Below are positions 39,801-52,955 of a stretch of 64,000 nucleotides of DNA, one piece after another. Made by a program: the position numbers and the translations under genes. Source of the stretch: Dimorphilus gyrociliatus (lineage: Eukaryota > Animalia > Annelida). The number at the start of each line of letters is the position of its first letter. Positions within the stretch are counted from its first letter, which is position 1. The stretch is from contig CAJFCJ010000020.1 of assembly GCA_904063045.1 (NCBI GenBank), positions 798,916-862,915 of the forward strand, in the 5' to 3' direction. Under the pieces are notes generated by a model, which saw only the letters and a program-made list of their open reading frames with translations, was not told the origin of the DNA and did no database searches.

Positions 39801-42800
39801 AATAGCATAATACAATATATTTAATAGGTCGTTCCATGTATGGAAAGAAAAAAATGAAAATAAAAAATGCGTACTTTCGTTATTTCTCGAAAGAAATAAT
39901 CAATCAAATAAGATATGTTCATCGCCTGAAGATGCTTGTTTCACTGAGAAAACAGGGAAAGCAATACGCTCAAGTCCAATAGCTACGTACAACTTTATCA
40001 ACAAAACGCAATGTTTGAAACTCTGCCTATTATCAAATACCTCTTTCTGCTCGTAATTTATCTCCTTTTATGATATAATTATTGATATTATTTATCATAA
40101 GAATAATAAGTCTTTCCCCTTCAAAAGAGCCGCAAATTACAATTTGGAAACAAAAACGTGTACATTAATACTAGCTAGAAACGCTTCCTCAATTATCTTA
40201 CTTAATGATAGCAGCTATTTCTTTTATGAAAAGAAACAAGAGTGTTTACCAAGTAAGTAGCTATTATCTTTTAAACTGTTAAGGTAAAATGTCATAATAT
40301 ATTCTATTGTTTTTATAAAGAGTGTAGAATTACCGCTTTTCCTGGACATCTTGTTCAAGATCATTTTATTGCAAGATTTTCATCCGATAACTATGTACAT
40401 TGTCTACAACTTTGCATAAAGCAAGGCTATAAAAAATGCAGGTAAATAATAATAAACTAATTTACTATTATTGGATATTTAATCATAAACATATATAAAA
40501 ACAATGAAATGACTATATAATTAGAGGGGTTGATTGGAGTTCTGCAACAAGAAATTGCTATCTTTTGAACGAAACTAAACGATCTTCAATACTTGTTGAT
40601 ATAATAGAGAATATACATTTTACTCACTACGTTATTGAATGCAGTGATGAACCAGAGCGTCAGTATTTCGAAATCCATTAAAAAAACTAAAGTCAATTAA
40701 CTTTTAAGTTTTTCTCTCTAATAAATTAGTCACCAAGTTGGGAATGTGTTTCAAGAAAGTCAGTAAAGCCGTTGTACCTGTAGCTCTAAATAGTTTTGGA
40801 ACGAAAACTGCAGCTGAATGCCTTCTTAAGTGTCTACATTCGAAATCATACTGCTCGTAATAGCTATTTATTTCACCGATCAAATTTTTCATTTTATAAT
40901 GTCATTTATTGCCCAAAAATAGAGCAGCAACTTATGATAAGCGTCTTAAAAACTGCAATATTGGCTATTCGCTAGTACCATCAACATCAACTAACTCTAT
41001 AAGCTATGTTAGGGAAGATTCATGCGGAAAATGTATCACATCTAAATATAACAAATATCTATAATCGAAAAATTTACAAACCTTTTTCCTCCAATAGACT
41101 GTCATATTGAGAAAATTTCAAATGGCTATGCAATGGGATATTCAAGAACAGGTTTAAGATCTGCTTCTAGAATTGAATGCCAATTATCCTGTCTAATACC
41201 CAAAAAACTCGATTTTTATTGCAGGTTAAACTTTTCTGCTTACACTTTTAAATTGCTTTTTATGGTTTTAGTGGTTTTTATTGTTATTTTTTTTAGATCG
41301 GCTTATTATAATCCAAAAAGAAAAACTTGCTTCTTAAATGATGCTAACAAAAATTCGTATAAAGTTCCTTTAGCTCCGTCATTTATTAGCAATATTTACG
41401 AAAATTATATTATTAATTGCCTCCGAAGTCCGAAATCCAGTACGTACTTTCTCTATTATTATGATTATTAACATCAAAAATAGCTATTTATTTACAATTT
41501 TCTTTTCATTTGAAAACAGAAATTGATAAATGTTTTACACATTTTCAAAGAGCTTCGCCATCAAATATCCAATTTGTCGTAAAAACATTAGATCTAGAAG
41601 AATGCCTCGTAAAATGCCTCATATCTTCTTCAAAAGTATTGTAAGAGAAAATTTTCTATTTCGTCTATATAATTACAAAGCGTAAAATGAAAATATAACA
41701 CTCTTTTTCCCCCTCTCCATCCAACTTTATACTCTTTAGATCCTGTCAATATGATTATAAAACCAATAATTGCTATTTTAGTGAAGAATCTAATAAGACA
41801 GAAGAACTTGTAAAAAGTTCTTCATATGATCACTTTCAAAAGATTCCATCATGTCCTTTAAACGGTAATAATGTTAAAATATATATTTTAATGGATATTT
41901 AAAATAACCTCTTCTTCTTCTTCTTCTTCTTCTTCCTCTTATGTATAGGTTGTACCTTTGAAAAAGTAAGTAACCTATTTTGGACAGTTGCATCTATGTC
42001 AAGGAAAAATCATTATGAATGTTTTTACGATTGTTTAGTTTCAGACAATTGCAAGTTTGTTAAAATTTTTCTTTTCTTTAATTAATTATGTTTATATTTA
42101 GAGAAGAAATAAATGACCCTTTGTTTGTTTTCTTTCCTCCTTAATAGATATGTTCACTATGAGGCGGAAACACGAATGTGTACATCCCCGGCTCTTGGTA
42201 ATGTAACTCATGGAGCAAAATTAAATAATGCGTACAAAAAGGTTTGTCAGGGAAAGTTTGTAGATCCTTGTTTTGTTGAAAAGAAGGGATTATATTTGGA
42301 TGGTTGGAATAATAAGATTATTAAAAAATCAAATGAAGAAGATTGTAAAAAAGCTTGTCTAAACGCTCAATTTGATTGCAGGTAGACATTGCTGTTTATT
42401 TATTTTCTTTTGGTAAAATGAAAGCTTTACCTTCTTTCTATTTAACATCCTTGCTATGTAGCTCGGCGGAATTCTCGACAAACGGTCGTACTTGCTACAT
42501 AAGCTCTCATAATAGCACTACAAAGTCGAAGTACATGAAGAAATTATCATTCTATATATATTGGGAGAGAAAAGATCTGTGTCGTCCAGATTGCCATTTT
42601 ATTGAAAAGATGGGCAAGAAAATAACTTCTGCTATATTACATAGCCCAGCCAAATCACTCTACCAATGTCAAACTGCGTGCATGATAAAGAGTAATTGCT
42701 CGTAAGAATATCCTCAAAGTGCCAATTTGAGTATGGTCTAATTTACCATTCTAAAACCCAACAGATCGTTAACCTTCACGAAAAAAGACGGTTGTTTATT

Positions 42801-45800
42801 GAGTGATTCTACGAAATTGTCTAGCCAATCTCGTATTTCAACATGGATAAAATCATGCCCATCCTCAAATAGTAAGTAACCTTTACAAGCTGAAAAGTTG
42901 ATTACACAAAGAGGATGTGAAACTAAGAAATCTTTCATTTACAATTTGACCTATACATTTCTTGTTTTTTCCATAATTAAAAAAAAGCTGACGACTGCTT
43001 CGAATTTTTTACAAAGGATAAAGTTAGAACAGCATCGGTTACACTAAGATTAACAACAGATTCCATCGAGAAGTGTAAACTGCTTTGTTTACAGTATAAG
43101 TGCCCGTTAGTTCTATTGTTTTATTACTTGATATAATTATTTTTTCAACATTTTTCAACTATTTACAGAGCTCTTACCTTTCAAACGAAAAGAGATAAAT
43201 GTCTATTAATGAGTAAAGAATTTTATTACGTAAGATACGGAAAGAGATTAACGTCTCCTGATGAAATACGATTAAATACAAGAGATAAATGCAAAAGTGG
43301 GTAAAAAAAAATAACAAAAAAGAAAAGAACGAAATAACCAATTAACTTTCATTTATTAACTAATTACTATTTATAGTTTGTAGAGTGAAGCAAGTACACA
43401 ATAAATACTTTCCTATTAATGGTAGGAAAGTTATTAGACCAGTATATTCACCTTATTCTTGTTTGTTAAAATGCCTAAAAGAAAAGTCATTCAAGTGCTC
43501 GTAAGTTTAACTATTATTCAAGATATCACAACTAAAAATAAACTATTTTAGACTGATTCATTTCAAATTGGGAAATCCAGTTTGTACTTTAAGCTCTGAA
43601 ATGATTAACTTTTCTTCGAGCGGAATAGATTCCCCGAAAAATGAATATATTGCAATAAATTGCGATTATAACGGTAATAACTGTATAAGATATACATATT
43701 TTTATAAACGATTATTACTGACCTCGTTTCTCAGAATATTGCTTTAAGCGGCTGGACGGAAAGTTTCTTAGTGGCTTAAATACTCGTACTATATTATCGT
43801 CAAGTGAAGAGAAATGTAAACTAGCTTGTATATCGGAAAGAAAATTCCTTTGTAGATCTTGTGATTTTTATAAGCCTGATAAGCATTGTTACCTAAGCAC
43901 TTCGACGAGACAATCCAATGCAGCCCAGTATTCATCTAGTGCAAACTTTATTCATTTTGAAAGATTACCAGCTTGTCGATTTGGTTGTTCATTCGATTCT
44001 AAAATATTAACACATGAGGTAAAATATTCCAGAAAATTACATGGTATGACCAGCTTCGATTGTAAAGCAGCTTGCATAGTCACAAATGATTGCCAGTAAG
44101 TTAAAATATACCAACAATCTTTAGTAAATTGATAATCTAAACTAACTAAACAGCGGAATTGTACTATTGAATAATGGTACTTGTCTCCTCTCATCAAATT
44201 CTTCTGGAGTTGTTAAAAAATTTCCCTCGCCTGTCGCTACTACAAAACTGAATTGCAAACCGGCTGAAAGTAAAATTATTCTAATATCTATACCACTAAT
44301 ATTAAACTATTATATCTTTTAATCTGTTTAGCTGATTGTTTTACTATGAAAGTTGGCGTAAAAGTTTTAGATCAACCTATTAAGAGTTATATATTGCAAA
44401 ATGAAACTGCGTGTAGGATGGCTTGCCTCGACGAAATTGAATTTGAATGCAGGTATAAACAATAGTCAAATATGAAAGAAATGTACAATTCTTCAATAAT
44501 CTTTTGTTTTTTTCAAATATAGAATAGTCGCATTCTATCGGAACTCTGGAACCTGTAATTTATACTTTACTAAAAATGCCGAATTGTCTAAATCATTTCC
44601 CTCAACTGTTGTCTTTTCAAAACTTACGGAATGCCAGAAGGGTTGTGGATTTAGAACAATATACAAAAGAGCATTATCCGATAGTTCATCTTTTATAAAA
44701 TTAAAGAGCAATAGTTTAGAAAGCTGTAAATCGATATGTTTAAGGAAGAATAGAACAGATTGTATGTAAGTATATAATTATCATAAAATATGTAACAAAT
44801 AAGGTATTTGTATTAATTAATAAAGTTAATAAATTCATTTAAACAGTGGTATATATTACGACCGTAGACGTCGTATATGTAATTTGATAAAGAAAACTAA
44901 AAAAGTACTTTATTCACATTATAATTCGAATTACGTTTATGCTAGTTTGGACTGCAGTAATAAAAAACGTAACATTTTCTGATTTACCAAACTTAATTAT
45001 GCTAATTTCATGTGATTTTTAATTACTTTTCTAGGTCATTGCTTTACGAAATATGATTCACATTATTCAATTGGTCATAAAAAAGTCATTAAAGCCTCAA
45101 ATGAGACTGAATGTACAAATAGTTGTATGAAAGAGATAACCTTCTATTGTAGGTAAGTATACGTAATTAGAGTAAATAGAACAATTAATGAAATTTGTGT
45201 TTCCTTATTAGAGCTTGCCAATATAATATAAAACGGAGAACATGTTCTTTATTTAAGAATATCACTTCCCGTCATTTAGTCAATGATGATTTTACATTTT
45301 GGAAAAGATTAGACACATGCAAATATAGTTAGTCCTATTAATTAATTAAAACACAAGTATATAACTAAATGTGTTCTTAAACTATTGTTATTCCTTTAGA
45401 TTGTTATTTGAAAGAATCTAAAGGCTACTTCCTAAGTGTTACGAACAAAATATATCATCGCTCTATCGACATAGAAGTATGCAAAGAAAAATGTATGAAT
45501 GAAACAGCCTTCATTTGCCTGTACTATAAATATACAGTATATTTATATATTCTTACTTTTACCTGACTCTTCTTAGGTCGGCCGATTATGATTTAATATC
45601 AAGAACATGCGCTCTGAGCATTGAAAGTCAATCAACGAAGCCGAAGTTCTTTATAAAAAGAGAAAGCTATATCCACTGGGATAAAACTTGCAATGGAGTA
45701 GATTGGGATTGTTAGTAATAGTTTTCTTGAATTTTTCTTAACAGGAAATGTGCACAATTATATAATTTCACGTTTCTACAAACAGCTGATCCTTGTTTCC

Positions 45801-48800
45801 TCTCTTTTAACAATATGACGGTTCGTTCTGTTGCCTCGGAAGTTGTTAAGTTTTCAAATCCTAAAGATTGTAAACAGAGATGCATGAATAGTACAAAATT
45901 TGTATGTTCAGGAGCAACTTTTTCATCAAAGAAGCTAACTTGTACGCTTTATAATAACACGAAACCATCATTGAAGAAAGATACATATATACATACACTA
46001 AATCACTATTATTACTCTCTAAAACAAATCTGCAAACCTGCATTAGGTGTTAGCTGTTTTATGCAGGAATTTTCTAATAGAGAAACTGTAACGCATTCAA
46101 AGAAATCACTAAAAGCGTCGACCCTTCGCCGATGTCAAATGCTATGCTTCGCTGAAACAGACTTCATCTGTACCGCAATAAGCTTTCAAGAAAATAGCCG
46201 AAATTGTAGATTATATGAGACAAAAGAAGAAAGTATCCTTTCATCACTCCTTCAGGCAACTGGCTCAATATTTTCGATAAAACGTTGCGTAAATAAAAAT
46301 GGTCTGTTTAAAAGAATTTTATATATTAAAGCACTCAACTTTTCTGAATGTCAAATTCTGACCTTTTAGACGAATGTTTTACAACTCAAGAAGTCCATAT
46401 TTGGAAAGACTATAGTGTTTATCTATCGTCAAATTTTTGGTCATGTAGAGCTTTATGTATCGAAGATTCAAAGTGTAGAGCTTTTATTTTTATCAATTCA
46501 ACTTGTCATCTAAGTGGAACAATACCAATTAAAAAATTTGGCGAAGATGGATTAACCGGTCATATAAAGAATAATTGCGCTGATCGTAACTAACTTTCCA
46601 TCATTTTATTTGTTATTAATACTATTAATGTTTAACTTTCTTTAACTTTACACTTCCCAGTTTGCACAATTAAGGAAATAAGCAGTCTTCACACTTCAAG
46701 CCAGGATATTCAGTCAATTCGAGCAATATCAAAAGCAGAATGTATAAAGGCATTTTTACAATCGAATTACTCATTAGTGAAGTAAATATATTTGTAGATG
46801 TTGTGATACTATTCTCATTTTCAATCAAATAATATTTTCAGATCAGCAGAATACAACTCAGACTCAAGAAATTGTTATCTTAAACGAAAAGATATATATT
46901 CAGCATCTCAAACATATAAATTCAGTGGATCACATGCTTATTTTCAAAGAGATTGCCCTCATGAACGTTAGTAGACAATATTTTCATTTCATTAACTATC
47001 TTTACACTTCTTGGAAAACAGACAGGTGCTTCAGACAACAACGTGGTTATCATATGAAGGGCTCTTACATTAAAGCTATTTATTTAGATTTGATAAAGGA
47101 GTGTGAAGAGGAATGCCACAAGGATGAAAATTGCTTGTTTGTATTCAATATATCCATTAAATATTAATCAATTAATTACCATTTTTTCTCCTAAAAATAA
47201 AAGGTCAATAGACTATAATGGATCAGACAATCTATGCGTTTTACATTCCGATTCCAAAGCAACTAAACCTATTTTATTCGAACCACATAATACAACCACA
47301 TATTCTGAAAAAACAATATGTGACCAAATTCCTGGTTGCTTCAAAGTATTCATGAACTCTTATGTTAATCTTCGATTCAGTAAAATAGTTAAAGCTGTTA
47401 CTGCCGAAAGTTGCAAAAAGTACTGCTTGTCAACTAAATATTTCTATTGCAGGTGAAGGAATAGTTAATGATAATAATTGATTAGTTTAATAAAAAATGA
47501 TCATTGCTTGTTCATTAAAGATCAGCTATATATAGAGCTAAAGACAACAAATGTATTATAAGTGCTCAAGGTGATATCAGGACTCGTTTAAGAAAACGTC
47601 CTGGTTCTGTTTACTTACATAGAACTTTATGCAAAGGTAGGTAACATAGGAAGAGAAATTTGTTACATAAAATACTCTATTTTTAAATCTCTGTTTCTTA
47701 AACAGATTGTGAAATGGTTAAACATGTTAATAAAACGATACCAAAAGAACTATATCCAGGAAATAGATATCAATATTGTCCTTCATTTGAGGAATGTTCT
47801 AAAATATGCTTTTATCAGTTCCAACCTGAATGTCGGTTAGTATAATGATATATTTCGTAGGTTTGAATAATTTTAAAATTAATCTTTTTTTTATCAATGC
47901 TTTCCTCTGTCCGTTTGCCTCTTTTTTCTCTTTCTGTCTGTCATTCTTTCGCTAATATCTGCTATTTTTCTACTTACTCGCAGCTCAGCTTTATATAACA
48001 AGAGGAGAAGAACATGCAGACTTTTGTCGAATTCTAATGGAACCTGGAGCAGTAAATTGATATCTGATCCTAATTATATTTATTTCGAAAAGAAATGCAA
48101 GGGTTTATCCGGTAATTTTAATAAGATTTATTCATTTTTCTCTTCACCAAACTGCAACGTGTACAACATTATTGTTTCTTTCGTTTAAAGATAAATGCGA
48201 CTATGTTTATAGAAATAATTGGCTTTTAAAAAAATACTATAAATCTACTATTGTACCGAATGCAGATGTATGTAGTCGGTATTGTTTGGTAGACAGTTGC
48301 AAATCATTCTCCATTTCTTCAATACATAATTCATCTAGTTTGGTCTGCTATCTAAGCACTTATAATCGTCTTAGAGCGATTAGTAGTTTTGTTCAGAGTA
48401 ATATATCGACCCATTATGAAAAAGTATGCCAACAACATAAATTTAGTAAGTTGCACTTAAGTTATTTATAGTCTTGATTAAACATACATATTATATTTAT
48501 TATATTTACACTTATTAGTATGTAAGATTACTGAATTAGGACCAAAGACGTTATTAGGTCCCACTAAAAGTGATTGGATTAAATATAAAGGAACATCGAA
48601 ATTAACTTGTCAAATACTTTGCGATACTGAGAAATCGTTTGTTTGTACTGGAGCCAAATTCGATATTCAAAGCGGTGACTGCTTCCTCTACAAAAATCCT
48701 ATAAACACACCTAATTATGAATTTAAAAGTTCTACTACAAGTTTGTTTTTCATTAGAAACTGTGATGGAAAAAGTGAGTTTAAACAGAAAAATACGACAC

Positions 48801-50393
48801 ATTAAACAATAATGCCCTAAAATTATCATTTTATTTTTAGCTATTGTCCCTCCTAAGACTGTCAAATGCCCCCCACATTGGCACTATGTACATGAAACGA
48901 AGAGCTGCTACCATTTAAAGCATAACATAGCTTATAATTATGAGACAGCAAGCTCTTACTGTTACGCGAATGGAGGGAATTTAATTTCTTATAAAGATGA
49001 AGAGGAATTTAATAGTTTAACATCCACCTTAGAGAGGTAAGAGGATAAAATGAATATTGGTTAAATAAGCACAAATATTGACATGAACTAAATTAGATTG
49101 AGATTAAACCATGGCATCAATTCGGAAGTTTTGTGGTGGACTTCTGGACAGCTAACAGAAAAAGGTTGGAATTGGCAAGAATTAGATCCATTGGGTGAGC
49201 AGTTAGACCTATTTTTCTCTTTTTGTTTAATAAAATGAATGAAAATAGATTAAATGATTAAAGCTGTACTTTTTTAATTATTCTGTTCGTTAACTATTTA
49301 AAACAGCGAATCAGAGCTAATTCTTATGAGCTTTTCTTATTTTCAATCTTAATATTACTTAGCCTACAAGAAAAGGATATATCCACATCCCATTACTTTA
49401 ACAAAATGGTTTAAGAAGGAACCAAAAGATAAAGCAAATCACATGGTTATGAAATACGGAAGTAGAAAAGAACATATCATACGATGGGGATCAATGGCAG
49501 TAACAGATAAAACTTTAGCCTTAGCTTTATGTAAGGCAGATCCTGATCAAGGTTGAAAAACTTATCATAATTTGCTTGAATAAGCACCTATCATACAACT
49601 CCAGTATGATTATCTTTTTTTGTTTTTAACTAATCAGCTACAGAACAGTGTTGGAAAAATACATGTTTGAATAATGGAGTTTGTGTGGAAAAAAATCTCA
49701 CTTCTCCAAAAATTCCCACCATAGAATATTCAGGTCGAGGAATGGACGACGATGAAGAGGATGCTGAATCTACCATTTCGCTTTTTCATTCAAAAGTTAC
49801 AAAACTCGCTCAAGGTTACAAATGCCGTTGTATCAATTCAACTGGAAATAATTGCGAGTTACAATCACCTACTTTTAATGAGTCACTATCTGCTCTTTAT
49901 AAAGATTTCTTTATATCTAAAGTGGCTATGTCATTCGAAAAAGCGAGTCTTTATTGTAAGAGTAACTCTGCTTCCATGTTGATCTTGAGCACAGAAATGG
50001 AAGAAGAATACTGGACATCAGTTTTAGAAAGAGATAATCTCCAAGGAGTATATTGGTTGTCCGCAAAGAGACGGGACAATAAATGGTATTGGCTTGCTAG
50101 TTCTAAACATCTGACTGGTAAGTATTAAAAAGAAACTTTTATTTACCTTAATTAAAACTATGAGTAACAAAATACATTTAGCAAATAATGAAAGTTTTGT
50201 AATAGATTCTTTTACTATAAATAAATTAGCCTCATTCGAAATGACCTATACGAATTGGCATGAAAATGAACCGAACAATTACATGCATTCGGAATCTGCT
50301 GCTGTATTATGGTATACAGAGAAAGACGGTTGGAAATGGGCTGATGCAAATGAAAGGAACCTTTATCCATTCGTATGCGTTTCAATGAAATAA
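36805..50393 (+). CDS. PAN-11: giant secreted protein, ~3,100 aa: signal peptide, 33 PAN domains, C-type lectin, EGF-like, C-type lectin
   Basis: Leader MKLLLTCSVILLLPFLGEA. I traced the many exons with compatible splice phases and found no internal stop or second signal peptide. C-terminal KCPPHW...SCY...YC..NGGNL (CTL), CWKNTCLNNGVC...CRC..GNNC (EGF), FEKASLYC...WLS...NWHENEPN...WKWAD...FVC* (CTL). Individual splice choices are uncertain. Confidence 0.78.
41911..41935. repeat. (CTT)n microsatellite in a PAN-11 intron
   Basis: About 8 units read directly. Confidence 0.8.
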
Positions 50394-50724
50394 CAGAGAA
50401 AAACGTTTTTTTTTCATATTATTCTATTTACAACAATTATTTCATTATTCTTATTAATATAATAAAAAAATATTCATGTTTTCAATTTATTACAAAAACA
50501 AATACTTCATTTTTAATTTATTAAAAAACTAATATGGAATTAACACCATTAAAATGTCAGAAAAAGATAAAGTTAAAAGATAGAGAGAAGGGGGAGGGAA
50601 GAGAGAGAGGGGGGAGGGAGGCAAACTGAGAGAAAAAATCTCGTACATGAATAATCAGGTAGAAAGCGCCGCGCACTCTTAAAACATTTAGTAGTAAGCG
50701 GCAGGTTGTTGCCGAGCTTGGATT

Positions 50725-52890
50725 ATGGATAAACATTTGGCGTTACTGACTGGATTTTTAGTTTTATTTGGATATAAAGTTAATCCAGTAGATGCTTTCT
50801 TAAAGAATCCGCAAAGTCTGAATATTTCTATGGATTACAATGCATCGTAAGTAGTTAATTTGTATAAATGATGATTCTCTTCTGAAGTAGTACTTTACAA
50901 TCTCGTTTTTTTTTCTTTCTTTTTCCATTTCCACCCACCCAAGTAAAATAACTTAGATTGTATATGAGTTTAAAAATATCCTCTTAAGATTGTTATCTAA
51001 CACTGAATGATGACCTATTCCATAGGATAGGATAAACCGTATCAACTGAAAATGTCATTTGGCCATTAGGATTCTATTTTCCTTTAAGACTACTCTTCTA
51101 TAGATTATTGTTAAATCTGTTAAATAGTTAAAATAGGTTAATAGTTTGTTATCATAGGGTATTATCCGAGTTCATCTAGTGGTTGAATAGCAATCTATGC
51201 AGATATTTTTAGAATATTAACTATATAAATGAAGTGAACTGCATGTTTAATGTATTCTACTAAGAAACAATAAAAGTTACAATCGTATATAAAATAATAC
51301 TCTGAAATGCATATTTTTCATAATTAATGTTTAAGCATTGTCTATTATGTACATCCAAAAGTTACATATGGCGTTAGTTTATTACAGATATTTTACATTG
51401 TATTATTATACAAGTAAACAATATATATAGATATATTCGTACCCATAATAATCACACACAACCTTTTCATACATCAATGCAGTAAATTAAAGCAATGATT
51501 TACTAAAAAAATGTCTCATTGTAATATCTGCCTTGCTTCTGGACAAAAATATCGCTATTTTATTGCTTATAAAGAGACCTCACTATATCTTAATTGTTCA
51601 GTTAAAATATTACTTTTTAATTATTAAATATTCTATTGTATTATAAGGGTAATTTTCGCATTTATATCACACTTTATTTATATCATTACAATTGAATTGA
51701 ATAACAGATTTTTAAAAAAAAAAAACAATTTATAACACCTCTTTATCGTGTCAAAAAAGAATTTTATCAATTATACTAGCTATGTTAGACATTTGTAGTT
51801 CGTTTATATCGGTTTTGGGTGAGAAGTAATTGGTGGTTGTCGGCGTTTCAATATCCTAAAAAAATCATTAACGTTTTTTTAGTCTATTTTGGTGACGCTC
51901 CACTTTTCTGTAAATAAAAACACTTAGTTTGCCATCAAAAATCTTTCACTCGATCGTGAAAGGCCATTAAATTTATAATTAAGAAAAATGGTATAGGAAA
52001 ATTTTATTAACAGTTTTGTAGTGTATTTAGTATAAGTATATAGCAATGTTTTTTAATCAGGGACAGCTACTTATCTTTTGTTAGTAAAAGGAAAGTAATA
52101 TTTTGTCTTATTTTAATAAAATCTTTGGCATATAAAATTAGTGTCGTCATTTTCCTGATTAGCTATCATACGAGTAAGATGATCCTTGATAAAAAAAGAT
52201 TTAGGATCGATAAAGTTGACGCTGCAAGCTTCCGTATTGTTTCCTTAAGACAAACTAAGAATATTTCGACTTGCAATGTTTAAAAAGCCTAAAAGTAGCA
52301 ATTTTTTTTATCTCATTTTTTCCTATTATTGAATTTTTACTCAGATTTTCACCAATAATTCTTTATTAGAGAATAAGATTTGAGTGAAAGAAATGTGCAT
52401 GTTAAGTCAAACAACTATTTCCGAAGGCAATGATGCTCGTTTAATGATTCATAAGAAGTAAAGTAGAATATGAACAACAAGTGTCACCAGGAATAATTTA
52501 TATGTTTGTCAAGAATATTTAATTTATATATAACGTTTGTATACACCAAGATTATATCCTTCGTGGCTATGTCTTTCTCCGCTTCTCTGTTTTGTTATTA
52601 AAGAGCAACGAAAAGTCACATTTCCCTTTTTATATTGATTACCGATCACTCAAATTGATCTTCATTGGCTTAATACCTTGCTTTTCCATTTATTTCACAT
52701 GTTTATGAATCTATGACCATTGGTATTTTAAATCTGGTATATACAAATAAGGAAAAAAACATGTTAAGGGGCCGGAACGGCGGTGGGCAAAGTATAAAGA
52801 TATACGACGTGGTCTCCCTCATTGCCCATTTTGTGTTATAAATTACTTCTTATAAGTCTCTTCTTTCCCGTTTCATTCTCTATATTTCTC

Positions 52891-52955
<65 letters not shown>

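Noticed and set aside
2725-50393. Apparent frameshifts or premature stops between neighbouring PAN ORFs (pseudogene cluster?)
   Set aside because: Each break I examined coincides with a GT-AG intron of compatible phase.
2725-50393. ZP domain, protease domain, transmembrane or GPI anchor on the PAN proteins
   Set aside because: Looked for at each C-terminus. All end a few residues after the last Cys (or after the CTL) with no hydrophobic tail.
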